Notes: generated by a model from the sequence alone, not told the origin. A DNA stretch of 54,363 nt from Spirochaetota bacterium (GCA_050298055.1 JBNKTL010000032.1:1-54363); one strand, 5' to 3'; counted from the first letter of the stretch, positions 19,041-30,453 are shown. Numbers and translations are program-made.

Positions 19041-19937
19041 ATGACAAAAAACAATACCTTTAAGCCCGAACTCTGGGAAACCGTCAAAGAATTTGACTTT
19101 GAAGATATAACTTACCACCGGGCAAATGACCAGGGGACCGTGCGTGTGGCCTTTAACCGCCCGGACTGTCTGAATGCCTTCCGTCCAAAGACAGTTGATG
19201 AGCTTTACATTGCCCTGGACCATGCGCGCCAGTGGTCTGATGTGGGATGCGTCCTTTTGACCGGAAACGGCCCGTCAAAAAAAGGCCAGTGGTCTTTTTC
19301 TTCGGGAGGAGACCAGCGCATTCGCGGTGAAGACGGATACAAGTATGAGGGAGAGGAAAGCGGGAAAGCGGACCGTGCCCGTATGGGACGGCTCCATATC
19401 CTGGAAGTGCAGCGGTTGATCCGTTTCATGCCCAAGGTGGTCATCGCTGTTGTTCCCGGCTGGGCCGTGGGCGGCGGGCACAGCCTGCACGTAGTGTGCG
19501 ATCTCACCCTTGCGTCCGAAGAACATGCGGTTTTTAAACAGACAGACCCTGACGTGGCGTCATTTGATTCGGGATACGGGTCCGCCTACCTGGCACGGAT
19601 GATCGGGCAAAAGCGGGCCCGTGAAATATTCTTCTGCGGTTTCAACTACAGCGCCCGGGAAGCATATGAGATGGGCATGGTCAACAAAGCGGTCCCGCAT
19701 GACGAACTTGAGGATGAAGCACTGCGGTGGGCCCGTGAGATAAACAGTAAATCCCCTACCGCGGTCCGCATGTTAAAATACGGGTTCAACCTGCCCGATG
19801 ACGGCCTTGTGGGACAGCAGCTTTTTGCAGGGGAGGCAACACGCCTGGCTTACGGAACGGAAGAAGCAAAGGAGGGCCGGGACGCTTTTCTTGAGAAGAG
19901 GGAAAAGGATTTCAGCCGTTTCCCCTGGCACTATTAA
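19041..19937 (+). CDS. menB: 1,4-dihydroxy-2-naphthoyl-CoA synthase
   Basis: NAFRPKTVDEL, SGGDQRIRG, GWAVGGGHSLHVVCDL, FKQTD..VASFD.GYG, EAKEGRDAFLEKR. Confidence 0.95.
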   Translation: MTKNNTFKPELWETVKEFDFEDITYHRANDQGTVRVAFNRPDCLNAFRPKTVDELYIALDHARQWSDVGCVLLTGNGPSKKGQWSFSSGGDQRIRGEDGYKYEGEESGKADRARMGRLHILEVQRLIRFMPKVVIAVVPGWAVGGGHSLHVVCDLTLASEEHAVFKQTDPDVASFDSGYGSAYLARMIGQKRAREIFFCGFNYSAREAYEMGMVNKAVPHDELEDEALRWAREINSKSPTAVRMLKYGFNLPDDGLVGQQLFAGEATRLAYGTEEAKEGRDAFLEKREKDFSRFPWHY

Positions 19938-19943
19938 ATTAAT

Positions 19944-19982
19944 AAAAAAAGGGGACATCCTTTCGGATACCCCCCCTTTTTT
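19944..19982. terminator. Bidirectional intrinsic terminator between menB and flaB
   Basis: A7-ggggacatcc-tttc-ggatacccccc-T tract between convergent genes. Confidence 0.75.
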
Positions 19983-20011
19983 CAGAATGATATTGCGATG
20001 TTGGCTCAGAC

Positions 20012-20860
20012 CTACTGCAGCAACTGCAATACGGTTTGAGACTTCGTATTTGCCTGCGCCAGCATTGAGGTAGCTGCCTGGGTCAGGATCTGGTACCTTA
20101 CAAATGATGACATCTGCTCCGCCATATCCGTGTCCCTTATCCTTGATTCCGATGCCTGAACATTCTCATAGGCATTCATGAGACCCTTGGCCGCGTGCTC
20201 AAGCCTGTTGTAATATGCACCGAGGTCCGCCCTCTGTTTCGAAACGATCCTTAAGGCTTCATCGGCAAGCCCGATAACAGCATTTGCTTTGCCCGGTGTT
20301 GAAATAGAGATAAATGTCAGTACAGTGGGATTTCTTAATCCCAGTGCGGCTGTGGTCATTGTCTCCACAAAAACCCTTTCTCTCTGGTGCATGTTAGGGC
20401 CCATATGAAACCACATTGATGACGTGGGATGGAGCCGCGCGAACGCACCCGTGAGAAGTTTCATTTTGTTGAATTCGGCCTGTGAAGAAATACGATCCAC
20501 CTCATCCACAAGTTCCGAGACCTCAACCTGGATGAGCTGCCTGTCTTCAGCGGTATAAATACCGTTAGCTGACTGCACTGCCAGGACCCTTATTCTTTGC
20601 AGTATTTCATGGACCTCGTTAAGATATCCTTCTGCCGTCTGAATCATTGACATTCCATCTTCAGTGTTTCTTTCAGCCTGCCTGAGGCCCTGAATCTGTG
20701 AACGCATTTTTTCGGAGACGGCAAGTCCTGAAGCATCATCACCAGCCTTGTTTATTCTCATACCAGATGAGAGTTTCTCAACATCCTTTGTGATGCTCCA
20801 GTCATGAAATTTCAACGTTCTGTGGGAAAAAATTGCAGCGATGTTGTGATTTATTATCAT
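20012..20860 (-). CDS. flaB: Flagellar filament core protein (spirochaetal FlaB type)
   Basis: [52 protein letters not shown]; 282 aa; AAGGAGG RBS. Confidence 0.96.
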   Translation of the reverse strand: MIINHNIAAIFSHRTLKFHDWSITKDVEKLSSGMRINKAGDDASGLAVSEKMRSQIQGLRQAERNTEDGMSMIQTAEGYLNEVHEILQRIRVLAVQSANGIYTAEDRQLIQVEVSELVDEVDRISSQAEFNKMKLLTGAFARLHPTSSMWFHMGPNMHQRERVFVETMTTAALGLRNPTVLTFISISTPGKANAVIGLADEALRIVSKQRADLGAYYNRLEHAAKGLMNAYENVQASESRIRDTDMAEQMSSFVRYQILTQAATSMLAQANTKSQTVLQLLQ

Positions 20861-20885
20861 GACTTTCCTCCTTGAAATTTTACGA

Positions 20886-20901
20886 CTATCATCCTTGATA
20901 G
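20886..20901 (-). promoter_or_regulatory. Putative CsrA-binding hairpin in the flaB leader
   Basis: CTATCA-AGGA-TGATAG with GGA in the loop, plus a second GGA site in the Shine-Dalgarno. Confidence 0.7.
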
Positions 20902-21133
20902 CTTACGAATGCTCAATTTTTCATTTAAAATTTCGTCATATAAATAATTTAGCGTGATGCCGAATATAGTCGTTTATAATCATATATATCTATTTAAATA
21001 CGTTTATAATAAAATAATTTCCTGTTTTTATTAAATTGGTTTTTTTTAAATTCTTTAATTTTTTTTGGATATTTATTCTTGAAATAATTACCACACTTTC
21101 TGAACCTAACAACTTGTTCAGGAGATTTATACA

Positions 21134-23677
21134 ATGACAAGCTTTTATGGAAAGAGGGGCAAATTTACCCGGCCGGGATACAAAGGGAATTTTCTCTTTG
21201 AAAAACTTATACCCGGAATAACCGGCAGTATCGGCAGACTGATTGATTTTGTTATCAGGAACCGGAGGCTGACGAAAATCACGGTCATAGGAATTGCTAC
21301 AGGCATAACTATTGCTTTTATATTTATCCTTATAAATGATTTTAAGAATGTCAAGTCCCTGGCCCATTTCAAGCCGAATGTTACGACTAAAATATATGAT
21401 AAAAACAACATCCTGGTATCCGAGCTCTTCAGGCAGAAGCGGGAAGTTGTTGAATTCGAAAAGATCCCCAAAAACCTTACCCATGCCTTCATAGCCATGG
21501 AAGACAATGAGTTTTACGAACACTATGGAATAAATATTAAAGGGATTGTACGGGCCTTCTTCATCAATATTTTCTCGGGAAGGATACGGCAGGGGGGAAG
21601 CACGATAACCCAGCAGCTGGCAAAAGTCCTCCTGACTTCAAGGAAGAGGAATATCTACAGAAAGATAAAAGAAGCATTTATCGCATTAATGATGGAGTTC
21701 TCATACTCCAAAGACGAGATTATCACCCTCTATCTCAACCAGATATTTCTGGGACACGGCGCCTACGGGGTAGAATCGGCGTCACGGCTCTACTTTAACA
21801 AGCATGTCTGGGAATTGAGCCTGGCGGAAGCAGCTCTCATTGCCACCCTCCCCAGCTCACCAAACCGCCTGTCGCCTATCAGGCACCCCAATGCCTCCAT
21901 GCAGAGGCATAAGATAGCCCTTGCAAAAATGGTTGAGATGGGTTTTATCAGTGTTGAGGAAGCGGAGAAGAGCTACCTTGAATTCTGGCCCCAATACCTT
22001 GTCCATATAAGTGAAATCGCCCCCACGCTCAATACCTGGAGCTCACGGGTTAACAGGGCGCCATGGTTTACCGAGTTCATAAGAAGGAAGCTGATAAAAA
22101 AATACGGAGAGGAGACCGTTTATGATAAAGGCCTCCTTGTCTATACAACACTTGACGTAAAGAAACAGGAAGCCGGCCGTAAAATTCTGGGACCCGCATT
22201 GATGAAACAATCAGGAATATCATCGGAACTCTCCTATAAAAACGAAGACTATATCAATGACACCTATACGGACACTATCACCCTTGTGTCTGACCTCTTT
22301 GACCTGAAGGGATTCAGAAGAAAGGGCTCCCGGAGAAATGAAAAGGTAAACAGCTTTATAAGAACATCCTTAATAGAAGAACTTGAAGGGCTTAACCTCC
22401 TTACCGGGATCGATACTGTTGATAAACTGATTGATGATTACAAAAAAACATATATAACGGACAGGGAGCTGCAGAAGGTGGAGGGATGCATCATTTCCAT
22501 CAACCATAAGAACGGGTACATTGAAGCCCTTATAGGGGGAAGTGAGTTTTCAAGCATCAACCAGCTCAACAGGGTCATTCAGATGAGAAGACAGCCCGGT
22601 TCGGCAATTAAACCGCTGCTCTACACTTCCGCCATAGAAAGCAAAAAGTTCACGGCTTCAACCGCTGTGCTCGATTCACCGGTCATCTACCTGGACAACG
22701 AAGGGGGCGACTGGCTCCCCGAGAATTACGAGGGAAGCTACTACGGGCTGCTGAGGCTGCGCAAGGCCCTGGCGCTGTCTATTAACGTCATATCCATCAG
22801 GGTCGCTGACCAGCTCGGCATAGATTATATCATGAAATACTACGGCAGGCTTCTCAAGTTCAATAAGGATGAAATCAATAAGCGAATCCCGCGAAACTTT
22901 TCCATTGCCCTGGGGTCCCTTGAAGTGAGCCCCTTTGAACTTACCCGGGCATACTCGATTATTGCCAACGGCGGCAGGGACGTTATTCCCTTTTCAATAC
23001 GATATGTTAAGGACAGGGACGGAAAGATACTGGAAAACCGGGAAAAAGAGGTTGAGAAGATATTGAGTGAAAAAAGGAAAAAGGGCACCCTTCAGATCAT
23101 TAATCCCGATACCGCGCAGGTCATGATAAACATGCTGAAAGCCGTTGTATCAGGGGGCACCGGCGGTGCGGCGCGTCCGGGAAGGGAAGCGGCAGGCAAG
23201 ACAGGCACCACCAATAACTTTAAGGATGCCTGGTTTGTGGGGTTTGTTCCGCAATTGACCACGGGGATATGGGTCGGTTATGACCGGATGGGGCTTTCCC
23301 TGGGGATTGGCCAGTCCGGCGGGGCCATAACCGCTCCCATCTGGGGCGATTATATGAGGCTTGCTCTCAAACACGAGCCTGTTCTTTCTTTTCCCACATA
23401 TGCTTCTCTCACATACACTGAAGTATGCAGCAGGTCGGGCCTTCTCCCTTCCCCTGACTGCAAGAACCTGATCAAAGAAGGTTTTATCCCCGGGACAGTC
23501 CCCGAGAAGGAATGCGAATTATGCGCCAATATCAAGATTGACATGCGGACCACAAAAAAAGGGCCCCGGGAAAATATCTCAAAAAAACAGAAATCTCTTA
23601 TCTATAAAAACATCAAAAAATCAACAACAGATTCTATTCTGAATAATATTGAAGATGACCTCTTGAAGGAAGAGTAA
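21134..23677 (+). CDS. Class A penicillin-binding protein (PBP1A-like)
   Basis: AMED..FYEHYG, QGGSTITQQLAK, RKIKEA, RQPGSAIKP (SxxK), SIN, AGKTGTTN. Confidence 0.95.
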   Translation: MTSFYGKRGKFTRPGYKGNFLFEKLIPGITGSIGRLIDFVIRNRRLTKITVIGIATGITIAFIFILINDFKNVKSLAHFKPNVTTKIYDKNNILVSELFRQKREVVEFEKIPKNLTHAFIAMEDNEFYEHYGINIKGIVRAFFINIFSGRIRQGGSTITQQLAKVLLTSRKRNIYRKIKEAFIALMMEFSYSKDEIITLYLNQIFLGHGAYGVESASRLYFNKHVWELSLAEAALIATLPSSPNRLSPIRHPNASMQRHKIALAKMVEMGFISVEEAEKSYLEFWPQYLVHISEIAPTLNTWSSRVNRAPWFTEFIRRKLIKKYGEETVYDKGLLVYTTLDVKKQEAGRKILGPALMKQSGISSELSYKNEDYINDTYTDTITLVSDLFDLKGFRRKGSRRNEKVNSFIRTSLIEELEGLNLLTGIDTVDKLIDDYKKTYITDRELQKVEGCIISINHKNGYIEALIGGSEFSSINQLNRVIQMRRQPGSAIKPLLYTSAIESKKFTASTAVLDSPVIYLDNEGGDWLPENYEGSYYGLLRLRKALALSINVISIRVADQLGIDYIMKYYGRLLKFNKDEINKRIPRNFSIALGSLEVSPFELTRAYSIIANGGRDVIPFSIRYVKDRDGKILENREKEVEKILSEKRKKGTLQIINPDTAQVMINMLKAVVSGGTGGAARPGREAAGKTGTTNNFKDAWFVGFVPQLTTGIWVGYDRMGLSLGIGQSGGAITAPIWGDYMRLALKHEPVLSFPTYASLTYTEVCSRSGLLPSPDCKNLIKEGFIPGTVPEKECELCANIKIDMRTTKKGPRENISKKQKSLIYKNIKKSTTDSILNNIEDDLLKEE

Positions 23678-23810
23678 CTACACAGCTCTATGGATAAAAC
23701 AAACCTGTTTACTAAAATATAAACAATATGTCCCCGCCGCCGACCGCGGCGGGGACATATCAGTTCTCTTTTTTTAATAAAATGATTCTTATACATCACT
23801 CTATAGTTAC
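23674..23810 (-). mobile_element. MITE-like repeat, full copy in reverse orientation; its TAA is the PBP1A stop codon
   Basis: gtaactacacagct...atatgtccccgccgccgaccgcggcggggacatat...ctatagttac. Confidence 0.75.
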
Positions 23811-23827
23811 ATTAGAAGGAGGACCTC

Positions 23828-24391
23828 ATGAATATCGACAAATTTATCATTAACCAAAAAGATTCGGCGCTCCTTGTCATTGATATACAGGAGAGGCTTT
23901 TTGCCGCCATGAAAGAGAAGGAACAGAAAAACATTCTCAAAAACACCGGTATTCTCATTGAAACCGCAAATGTCCATGATATTCCAATAGTCGTATCGGA
24001 ACAGTACAGAAAAGGTCTCGGGCCCACCGTGGAAGAACTTGCGGGAAAGATAAAAGATGCCGAATTCCTTGAAAAAATCCACTTTGACTGCATGAAGGAA
24101 GAGGCCCTCAACAAAACACTCTCCGGAATGGGAAAAAACACAATTATCATTACCGGGATGGAGACCCATGTCTGCGTATTCCAGACTGCTCTGACCCTGC
24201 TGAAGGAAGGCATGAATGTGTTCATCGCAAGCGACGGGGTGTGTTCACGAAGAAAGCATGACTGGGAGACAGCATTAAATGCCCTCTCCGCGGCAGGTGC
24301 TGTGATCTACCCTACGGAGACAATATCCTTTATGATACTGGAAAAGGCCGGGACCGGCGAGTTCAAGAAACTGGCGCCTCTTTTTAAATGA
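23828..24391 (+). CDS. Isochorismatase-family hydrolase
   Basis: LLVIDIQERL, SEQYRKGLGPTV, GMETHVCVFQT; AAGGAGG RBS. Confidence 0.92.
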   Translation: MNIDKFIINQKDSALLVIDIQERLFAAMKEKEQKNILKNTGILIETANVHDIPIVVSEQYRKGLGPTVEELAGKIKDAEFLEKIHFDCMKEEALNKTLSGMGKNTIIITGMETHVCVFQTALTLLKEGMNVFIASDGVCSRRKHDWETALNALSAAGAVIYPTETISFMILEKAGTGEFKKLAPLFK

Positions 24392-24394
24392 AGA

Positions 24395-24467
24395 CCCCCC
24401 TAACCCCCTAAGGGGGCATAAGAGGATTTTTGCTTAATATCTTTCGCCCCCTTTGAGGGATGGGGGG
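24395..24467. repeat. REP-like repeat (CCCCCTAACCCCC...GGGGG type)
   Basis: cccccctaaccccctaagggggc...gccccctttgagggatgggggg; second copy at 54241. Confidence 0.65.
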
Positions 24468-24525
24468 AAAATTACTAATTGACAAAAAGTATATTGTCAG
24501 GATATCTAACTATAGTTACTGTGTC

Positions 24526-25554
24526 ATGAATAATAAGATTAAAGCTGTCGAGACTCGAGAAGAAAGACCTGTCAATGAGAAGAAAAGGACCGTACCCCTG
24601 GCGCTGATTTTCATACTGACCTTTACTCTCCTGGAACTGCTCAGAGTAAAAGTCCCCTTAAAGCTCATTCTCTTAGAGAGATTTTTCCCTGGGCAGGGAA
24701 TTTTTGAGACGCTCCTCCTCTCCCTCTACGCGGTCTGGATCGGGAAGAAGATGCTGGATCCGGCCACAGCTCCGCGGTTCAGGGGATATATCTGGATGTT
24801 CTTTTCTTTCATTTTTTTTCTGCAGCTCATTCTGGGCCTGGCAGGATTTGAGAAGATGCTCATGACCGGAAAACTGCACCTTCCCGTCCCGGTGCTGATC
24901 ATATCAGGCCCTCTCTACAGGGGAGGCAGCTTCTTTATGCCGGCACTCTTTCTCACAACGGTGCTCCTCGCAGGGCCGGCCTGGTGCAGTCATCTCTGCT
25001 ATATAGGTGCCTGGGACCACAGGCTGAGCAGGCTGAAAAAAGGGAGGCCCGCGCAGAACCCTCCCTGGGCAGGGAAGGTCAGAGCAGGATTACTCCTTCT
25101 GGCACTGGCAGTCCCTCTTCTTCTTAATGTCCTCCAGGTACCCGTTTTAACAGCCGTGTTTTCCGGGGCGGCTTTCGGCATTACCGGGGTGCTCATTATG
25201 GCCATCATCTCATCACGGCGCGGGACCATGGTCCACTGTACCGTCTACTGTCCCATGGGGCTTGCGGCGGATATTCTCGGAAAGATATCGCCCTGGAGGA
25301 TAACCATCAGCGACAGCTGCACCGGGTGCGGGAAGTGTACGGCTGTTTGCCGTTACAATGCCCTGAACGGGGAACACCTTGAGAACAGGAAACCGGGACT
25401 CTCCTGCACCCTCTGCGGGGACTGCATTCCTCAATGCAGTGAGGGCCATATAAGCTACAGCTTTCCGGGGATCTCACCGGAGAAAGCCCGCGCGGCGTTT
25501 ATTGTCCTCATGGTGGTACTTCACACACTTTTCCTCGGTGTTGCGCGGATATAG
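24526..25554 (+). CDS. Membrane 4Fe-4S-binding (polyferredoxin-like) protein
   Basis: WCSHLCYIG, CTVYCPMG, CTGCGKCTAVC, CTLCGDCIPQC; TM helices. Confidence 0.88.
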   Translation: MNNKIKAVETREERPVNEKKRTVPLALIFILTFTLLELLRVKVPLKLILLERFFPGQGIFETLLLSLYAVWIGKKMLDPATAPRFRGYIWMFFSFIFFLQLILGLAGFEKMLMTGKLHLPVPVLIISGPLYRGGSFFMPALFLTTVLLAGPAWCSHLCYIGAWDHRLSRLKKGRPAQNPPWAGKVRAGLLLLALAVPLLLNVLQVPVLTAVFSGAAFGITGVLIMAIISSRRGTMVHCTVYCPMGLAADILGKISPWRITISDSCTGCGKCTAVCRYNALNGEHLENRKPGLSCTLCGDCIPQCSEGHISYSFPGISPEKARAAFIVLMVVLHTLFLGVARI

Positions 25555-25560
25555 GGCCCG

Positions 25561-27783
25561 TCAACCGGTATTTGATGACAGTGAGTTGTTTAAATGATAA
25601 ACACCGCCAGACACGGGTAATAACAGGGAATGAGTTTCTTCAGGCTGATTTTCTAAAGACCGGTTTTTCAGTTTAAAAGTCAGGACAATGGCCTTGAGCT
25701 GCTGGGCCTGGCTGGACAGCTCTTCCGCTATGGATGCGGATTCCTCGGCATTGGCCATATTGGACTGTGTCACCTGCTCAATTTGACTAAAACCGCTCTT
25801 GACCCGGTCCAGGCCCCGGGTTTGTTCCCTGCTTGCCAGGGCGATTTCTTCTACCAGATCGGTCATTTTTAAGGAGCTGTCAGTGATCTCCTTCAACTGC
25901 CTGGCTGTTGCTTCTACAAGGAGACTGCCCTGAGTGATATTTTTTATGGCCTCTTCCACCATTTCGGTGGTTTCCCTGACACTTAAAGCGCTCCGGCTGG
26001 CCAGATCACGGACCTCTCCGGCCACTACCGCAAAACCCTCTCCGTATTTTCCCGCGCGGGCGGCCTCAACATTGGCATTAAGGGCAAGAAGGTTTGTCTG
26101 GCGGGCTATATCATCTATCACTTTAACAATCCGCTTTATTTCATCCGCGCTCCTGTTGATTCCCTCCATAGCAATAACAATATCCTCCATTTGTTTGTTG
26201 CCGTTTTCCGCGTTCTCCATGGCCTGCCTGGCAAGTCCGCTTGCCTCTATAGCATTATCCGCATTCTGTCTGGCCTGGCCGGATATCTCAGTAACTGATG
26301 AAGTAATCACCTCAAGCGACGAGACCTGTCTTGCTGCACCCTGTGACAGCTCCTGACTGGCCTGCGCAAGCTGGTAAGAACCTGAAGCCACTTGCTCAAC
26401 AGAAACATTTACCTGGGCTATTTTGTCATTTAATGAAACAACCATTTTGTCCAATAATTGTCCAAGATTGTCTTTTTCAGAAGAAAGTGAGACCTCAACA
26501 CATAAATCACCATCCGCGATCTGTTCCAGAATTTGCGATTTTTCTTTCAGGGAAATGAGCATCTCTTTAAATGAATGTATCATGACGGCTGCTTCATCTT
26601 TTGAATTTAACTCTCCCGTTTCTACCTCAAGATTTCCCCGGGAGATTTCAATGGACATTTGAGTGGCTTTGGCAATAGGAGAAATAACAAATCCTATACT
26701 GAAAACAAGTAACGTTATAATAATTCCGATAAATAAAACAACTCCCAGTAAAAGGCCGTATTCAAGTGATCTTGTTATTTTTTTCGTCTGCAGGAGGGCC
26801 GCTTCGATTTTCTTCTGATTTTGCGAAATGTCGCGCATGGCAACAATGACACCAATTGGTTTACCGGAATAATCTTTAACCGGGAAAGAAGCCAGATAAT
26901 AATTTTTTATCTCCTCCATGACCAGGTTTTTATTTCCTTTCAGCAATAAATTTTCCGTAATGACAACGGAAGAGATATTGCTCTCCAGGTCACTCACACG
27001 GACAAATTTATTATAGACCACGGGATACCTGTTTTCATTTTGCAGGGATTTTGCTATTGGAAGGTATTCCCTATTCATATAAACCACGAAGTAAAGGTCC
27101 TTATCCGTTTTGCTCAATTTTATGAGATCATTAAACGTAAAAAGGACTTCCACCGAACCATAATGTTTCTTATTATCCTTAACAGGGGCAAGTCCTCTTA
27201 TGACAAAACCGCCCCTTCCGATCTCTATGCCTGTAACCGGCTTTTTCGTTTTATTAACATCACGGACTGTATTTCGAAAACCTGATATATCATCTGAAAT
27301 ATCAACTTTTTTCCCGTTGACCTTTGTTTGCCATCCCTTTCTCCAGAGACGGGCAAGGCTTCTTGCATTTGGCAGATGAAAATGTAATTTTAATTTCCCG
27401 GCGCCCGTATTATCACTATATCCCTGCAGGGTCCTTGCAAAATGGGCCCTGAGCATTTCCCTTGCCTTTTGCGTAAAAGGATCATGTAGATTAAAGAAAT
27501 CACCTCTATGAGCAACTTTAAATGCCTGGATGACAGCTTCTGTTTTTGAAAAAAGTGAGCAGATCTCAAGGGCCTTGCTGCCCGTACTTTCAATGTCTTT
27601 ATATATTTTTTTGGAAAGAGTTTCCATCTGGTCCTGCAGGGTTTCCGTATATAATGCTTTTTTGTTTTCATATTCCTTTTTAAGAACAGACTCCATTACA
27701 CTTGATACCGATAGATATACAATGATACCCGCGATTAATAAGGCCCCTGTCACCGGCAGTAGAATTTTACGCTTGATGCTCAT
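25561..27783 (-). CDS. Methyl-accepting chemotaxis protein with a periplasmic Cache-type sensor
   Basis: Two TM segments, [38 protein letters not shown]. Confidence 0.95.
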   Translation of the reverse strand: MSIKRKILLPVTGALLIAGIIVYLSVSSVMESVLKKEYENKKALYTETLQDQMETLSKKIYKDIESTGSKALEICSLFSKTEAVIQAFKVAHRGDFFNLHDPFTQKAREMLRAHFARTLQGYSDNTGAGKLKLHFHLPNARSLARLWRKGWQTKVNGKKVDISDDISGFRNTVRDVNKTKKPVTGIEIGRGGFVIRGLAPVKDNKKHYGSVEVLFTFNDLIKLSKTDKDLYFVVYMNREYLPIAKSLQNENRYPVVYNKFVRVSDLESNISSVVITENLLLKGNKNLVMEEIKNYYLASFPVKDYSGKPIGVIVAMRDISQNQKKIEAALLQTKKITRSLEYGLLLGVVLFIGIIITLLVFSIGFVISPIAKATQMSIEISRGNLEVETGELNSKDEAAVMIHSFKEMLISLKEKSQILEQIADGDLCVEVSLSSEKDNLGQLLDKMVVSLNDKIAQVNVSVEQVASGSYQLAQASQELSQGAARQVSSLEVITSSVTEISGQARQNADNAIEASGLARQAMENAENGNKQMEDIVIAMEGINRSADEIKRIVKVIDDIARQTNLLALNANVEAARAGKYGEGFAVVAGEVRDLASRSALSVRETTEMVEEAIKNITQGSLLVEATARQLKEITDSSLKMTDLVEEIALASREQTRGLDRVKSGFSQIEQVTQSNMANAEESASIAEELSSQAQQLKAIVLTFKLKNRSLENQPEETHSLLLPVSGGVYHLNNSLSSNTG

Positions 27784-28161
27784 TTTTTTCCTCCGTATCC
27801 GGAAAAATTAATTTTCAAAATAATCAGTTCTTTCTTCCATCAGCTGTACAACAGTACCCTGTCTCTCCATACCGGGGATGCCCGGTTAACAGATTTTTCA
27901 AAATCACAAATATTATGGTCCGGGAAGCATGAAAGTCAATAAGGCAATAGTTTTAAAAAGAGACAATCACAACAGTAGTTATATGATATTTCCTAGTCTC
28001 TTTCTCTTAGTCCTTTCGGCTGTTATTATTAATATTTCCTTTTCAGGGAGAACGGGCTCAGCATGAGTAATTCAACTGTGTAATTTTAACTAATCATGAT
28101 TGGTTAACTGCTGGAATACCCAACGAACAAGAGAATTTTATGAGTGCAAAATCACGCGTGC

Positions 28162-29931
28162 TCAGCACGAGGAGAGGTCAACCGGTAAAAGGATCCACTT
28201 TCCCCTCTCATTATATGAATGGACCTTCAGTTTTATCATTGACCCTGTGGAAAAGCGGATTTTATTATCATCTGATTCGAGGAAGACAGAGTTCCCGGTA
28301 TAAACGAATTTCACCTTATAATGCCGCTCAAGTTCTTCAACATAGACTTTGATTTCAACCGGGACCTCATGCAGTCTTACATAGAGGCGTGACTGTTTGA
28401 TTCCGAGAATAGTGCCAGTATACACAGTTCTTTTTTCAGAAGCTTTGCTTATCTCCCCGTTAAAAACCTGGTCAACGACGAGCTTCCTCACTGACTTGTC
28501 CAGGTTTTTCTGCATATCCTTTGACCTGTTTCCCGATTTAATCACAGACTCCCTGGCACGTTCATCCTCCTCATGGCTGAATTCCTCTTTAATAAAGCCC
28601 AGTTTTTCCATGAGTTCCTTGTGGATAAATATCCCGATGATCTCCCTCATGGGAGATGAAAACCTGCTGTAGAGTTCAACTCCAAGGGCGTAGTGCCCCG
28701 ATTCATTCTCATCAAAAAAAGACCTTTCGTTGGAGATAAGGATCTGCCGCTCTATGGCATTACAGACGTCCCTGTTATTGCCGTAAGAGGAAATCCTTTC
28801 AATGTAATCTGCCAGGCTCTCTCTGCCCTTTTCCCAGAGCCAGGCCTCCCTCTCCAGCCCATGCTCATCCACAATGTCTTTGATTAAAGTTTTCAACCTG
28901 AGCAGACTCTCCTCTGTGGGAGCGCCGTGGACCCTGAAAATCGACTGAACACCGGGGTCCCCTGCTATGAGTTTCGCCCCCTCCATATTACAGAGAAGCG
29001 ACATCTGTTCATTGTACCTGCTGCAGTCATTTCTGGACTCTATTGTAAAGGTAAACGCGCGGTCATTTTCACTGAAACCGATGTTTTCATCAAACCTGTG
29101 GAACCGGACCACGTCCCTTTCAACTGCTTTACGGATAAGCTTACTCCCTATCTCCTTCAGGAGATCCAGTGAGCTGCTAAATTCCCTGCCGTAAAGGCTG
29201 CTGCTTTCACCTTTGTCATAATACTCCTGGACACCGCTGTATGTGAGCTTCGCCCTGCTCCGCATTCTTCCCCGCCGGACCCTGGCTCCAATGACCTCAC
29301 CCTCACTGCCAAGATCCATGATGAAAACAACTCCCCTCCTCTCTTCCCGGGGATTGAGGGAGATAATACCCTGGGAAAGTTCTTTCGGAAGCATGGGGAC
29401 AGAAAGACCGGGAAGATAATAGCTTGAGCCCCTTTTCAGCGCCTCTCTGAAAAGGGCCATTCCCGGCTTAATATAATATGAGGCATCTGCAAGCGCGTAG
29501 AATATTTGATAGATATTATTCTCTTTTTTTATATAAAGGGCCTGGTCCAGGTCACGGGAGCCCTCATTGTCAATGGTGACAAAGGGGAGGTCCCTAAAAT
29601 CTGTGAGCTTCTCGTCATCAATACCCGGGTCCTCAAGGATAGTCTCGACTTCCCGGTAGCATTCCCGGGGAAATGACGGATTGATCTTCTCTTTTTCGAG
29701 GATAGCATAAATTTTGCTCAGAGCAGTATCCGGTTCCGCCAGAAGTTCTCTGCAAAGATATTCACCTGAAGGCTCCCCCTCAACCCTCACAAGTGATCCC
29801 GGATTATATGTGCAATTTTTCAGGGCAACAGGTTCACTGACCGGTTCACCGGGGAAAAGCGGTTCGGCGGATATTTTGCTTCCGATGAGTTTTATCCTGG
29901 CAATGAATTCGTTGTATTTCTTAACAGTCAT
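28162..29931 (-). CDS. RNB-domain exoribonuclease (RNase R/II family)
   Basis: FVTIDNEGSRDLDQAL, GHYALG..YSRFSSPMR; C-terminal S1-like region. Confidence 0.9.
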   Translation of the reverse strand: MTVKKYNEFIARIKLIGSKISAEPLFPGEPVSEPVALKNCTYNPGSLVRVEGEPSGEYLCRELLAEPDTALSKIYAILEKEKINPSFPRECYREVETILEDPGIDDEKLTDFRDLPFVTIDNEGSRDLDQALYIKKENNIYQIFYALADASYYIKPGMALFREALKRGSSYYLPGLSVPMLPKELSQGIISLNPREERRGVVFIMDLGSEGEVIGARVRRGRMRSRAKLTYSGVQEYYDKGESSSLYGREFSSSLDLLKEIGSKLIRKAVERDVVRFHRFDENIGFSENDRAFTFTIESRNDCSRYNEQMSLLCNMEGAKLIAGDPGVQSIFRVHGAPTEESLLRLKTLIKDIVDEHGLEREAWLWEKGRESLADYIERISSYGNNRDVCNAIERQILISNERSFFDENESGHYALGVELYSRFSSPMREIIGIFIHKELMEKLGFIKEEFSHEEDERARESVIKSGNRSKDMQKNLDKSVRKLVVDQVFNGEISKASEKRTVYTGTILGIKQSRLYVRLHEVPVEIKVYVEELERHYKVKFVYTGNSVFLESDDNKIRFSTGSMIKLKVHSYNERGKWILLPVDLSSC

Positions 29932-30103
29932 TTCTATTTTTGTTCATAGTTATCCGGGAACCGAAAGATTGCAACCGGAAAATATCCCACCCGGAAAGTC
30001 AGAGTAAAAAAGAAAAGAACTTAATCAGATGAAACCGGCAGATTTCTTCTTAGTTTGATTATTCACTTTTTCTGTTTCGTTTCTTTTCCAAAATAATTAA
30101 TTC

Positions 30104-30132
30104 TTGACAAACTAGACTTATTTTAGTATCAT
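30104..30132 (+). promoter_or_regulatory. sigma70 promoter of the toxin-antitoxin operon
   Basis: TTGACA-N17-TATCAT; imperfect direct repeats agacttattttag/agactactttag overlap or follow it (candidate operator). Confidence 0.7.
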
Positions 30133-30162
30133 ATAAAGACTACTTTAGAAAAAGGTATTATT

Positions 30163-30453
30163 ATGAATATAAAAGAAGACATTAGACCCATTTCATTCAT
30201 AAAATCTCATGCTGCTGAAATACTTAATCAAGTCAATGAAACTCATAGACCAATCTATGTAACTCAAAATGGAGAGGCTCGGGCAGTTCTTGTTGACACG
30301 GAAAGTTTTCAAGATATGAAAAATGCAATAGCTATGCTAAAATTAATTTCTATTGGCGAAAAAGATATAGCAAATAAAAAATATAAATCTCAAGAAGAAG
30401 TATTCAATGATTTAAATAAAAAATTACTAAAAAAGAAAAAAGAGAATGGCTAA
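30163..30453 (+). CDS. Phd/YefM-family antitoxin
   Basis: DIRPISFIKSHAAEIL...PIYVTQNGEARAVL. Confidence 0.92.
   Translation: MNIKEDIRPISFIKSHAAEILNQVNETHRPIYVTQNGEARAVLVDTESFQDMKNAIAMLKLISIGEKDIANKKYKSQEEVFNDLNKKLLKKKKENG

Noticed and set aside
20990..21523. 177-aa minus-strand ORF, and the many similar antisense ORFs in the track
   Set aside because: Shadow frames of well-supported genes on the opposite strand
28162..29931. DLDQA in place of DxDDA in the RNB active site
   Set aside because: This variant occurs in other RNase II-family members and is not evidence of inactivity
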